A stretch of 63,207 nucleotides of DNA, counting the filler, from Hyphochytrium catenoides (taxonomy: Eukaryota > Protista > Hyphochytriomycota), in assembly GCA_900088475.1 (NCBI GenBank). It is 10 parts of 10 records of this genome, joined end to end, with 100 filler letters (N's around TTAATTAATTAA, not from the genome) between each part and the next. Parts side by side here need not be neighbours in the genome. Positions count along the whole stretch, not along the records: positions 61,791 to 63,207 come from FLMG01001491.1; 9 more parts are not named here. One strand, 5' to 3'. The position numbers and the translations under genes are program-made. Under the pieces are notes generated by a model. That model saw only the letters and a list, made by a program, of their open reading frames with translations, was not told where the DNA came from and did no database searches. This document shows, in pieces, positions 63,135 through 63,207 of this stretch. Position 1 is the stretch's first letter. Every line of letters begins with the position of its first letter.

Positions 63135-63207
63135 TGGGATATATCTCTGAGCGGTAAAGGGACCTGTAGGGGCAGACAGATGGAGCTTATAAGGGGTTCG
63201 ATAGACC

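Noticed and set aside
62040-63207. TAG reassigned to an amino acid (alternative genetic code)
   Set aside because: PIP5K and M36 both end at TAG at the expected C-terminal positions, and no conserved exon has an in-frame TAG.
63140-63207. tRNA gene (GGTTCGA)
   Set aside because: No T-stem pairing, D-arm or acceptor stem recognisable.

Overview
Eukaryotic, protist-like genomic DNA. It is not one locus: nine artificial 100-bp spacers (44 N + TTAATTAATTAA + 44 N) join ten scaffolds, so adjacency across spacers means nothing. Most long ORFs in the supplied track are (GA)n/(CT)n microsatellite artefacts. Genes recovered by reading GT-AG introns and checking splice phase: a type-B carboxylesterase, a PIP5-kinase apparently fused to a PH domain, a galactokinase-family first exon, a zf-PARP + RFC1-type BRCT protein, an M36 fungalysin metalloprotease, an LRR + IQ-motif protein, and a two-exon orphan. 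There are also three intronless, bacterial-like VOC/glyoxalase paralogs that lack the usual metal ligands. Degenerate mobile DNA includes a frameshifted Ulp1-like protease, a frameshifted DUF6729 + DDE transposase, a fold-back element and a three-copy ~1.2-kb repeat. A five-unit tandem array with conserved, apparently base-paired motifs is a candidate structured RNA or recombination-site array. All assignments come from motif recognition by eye; no searches were run and the organism cannot be named with confidence.
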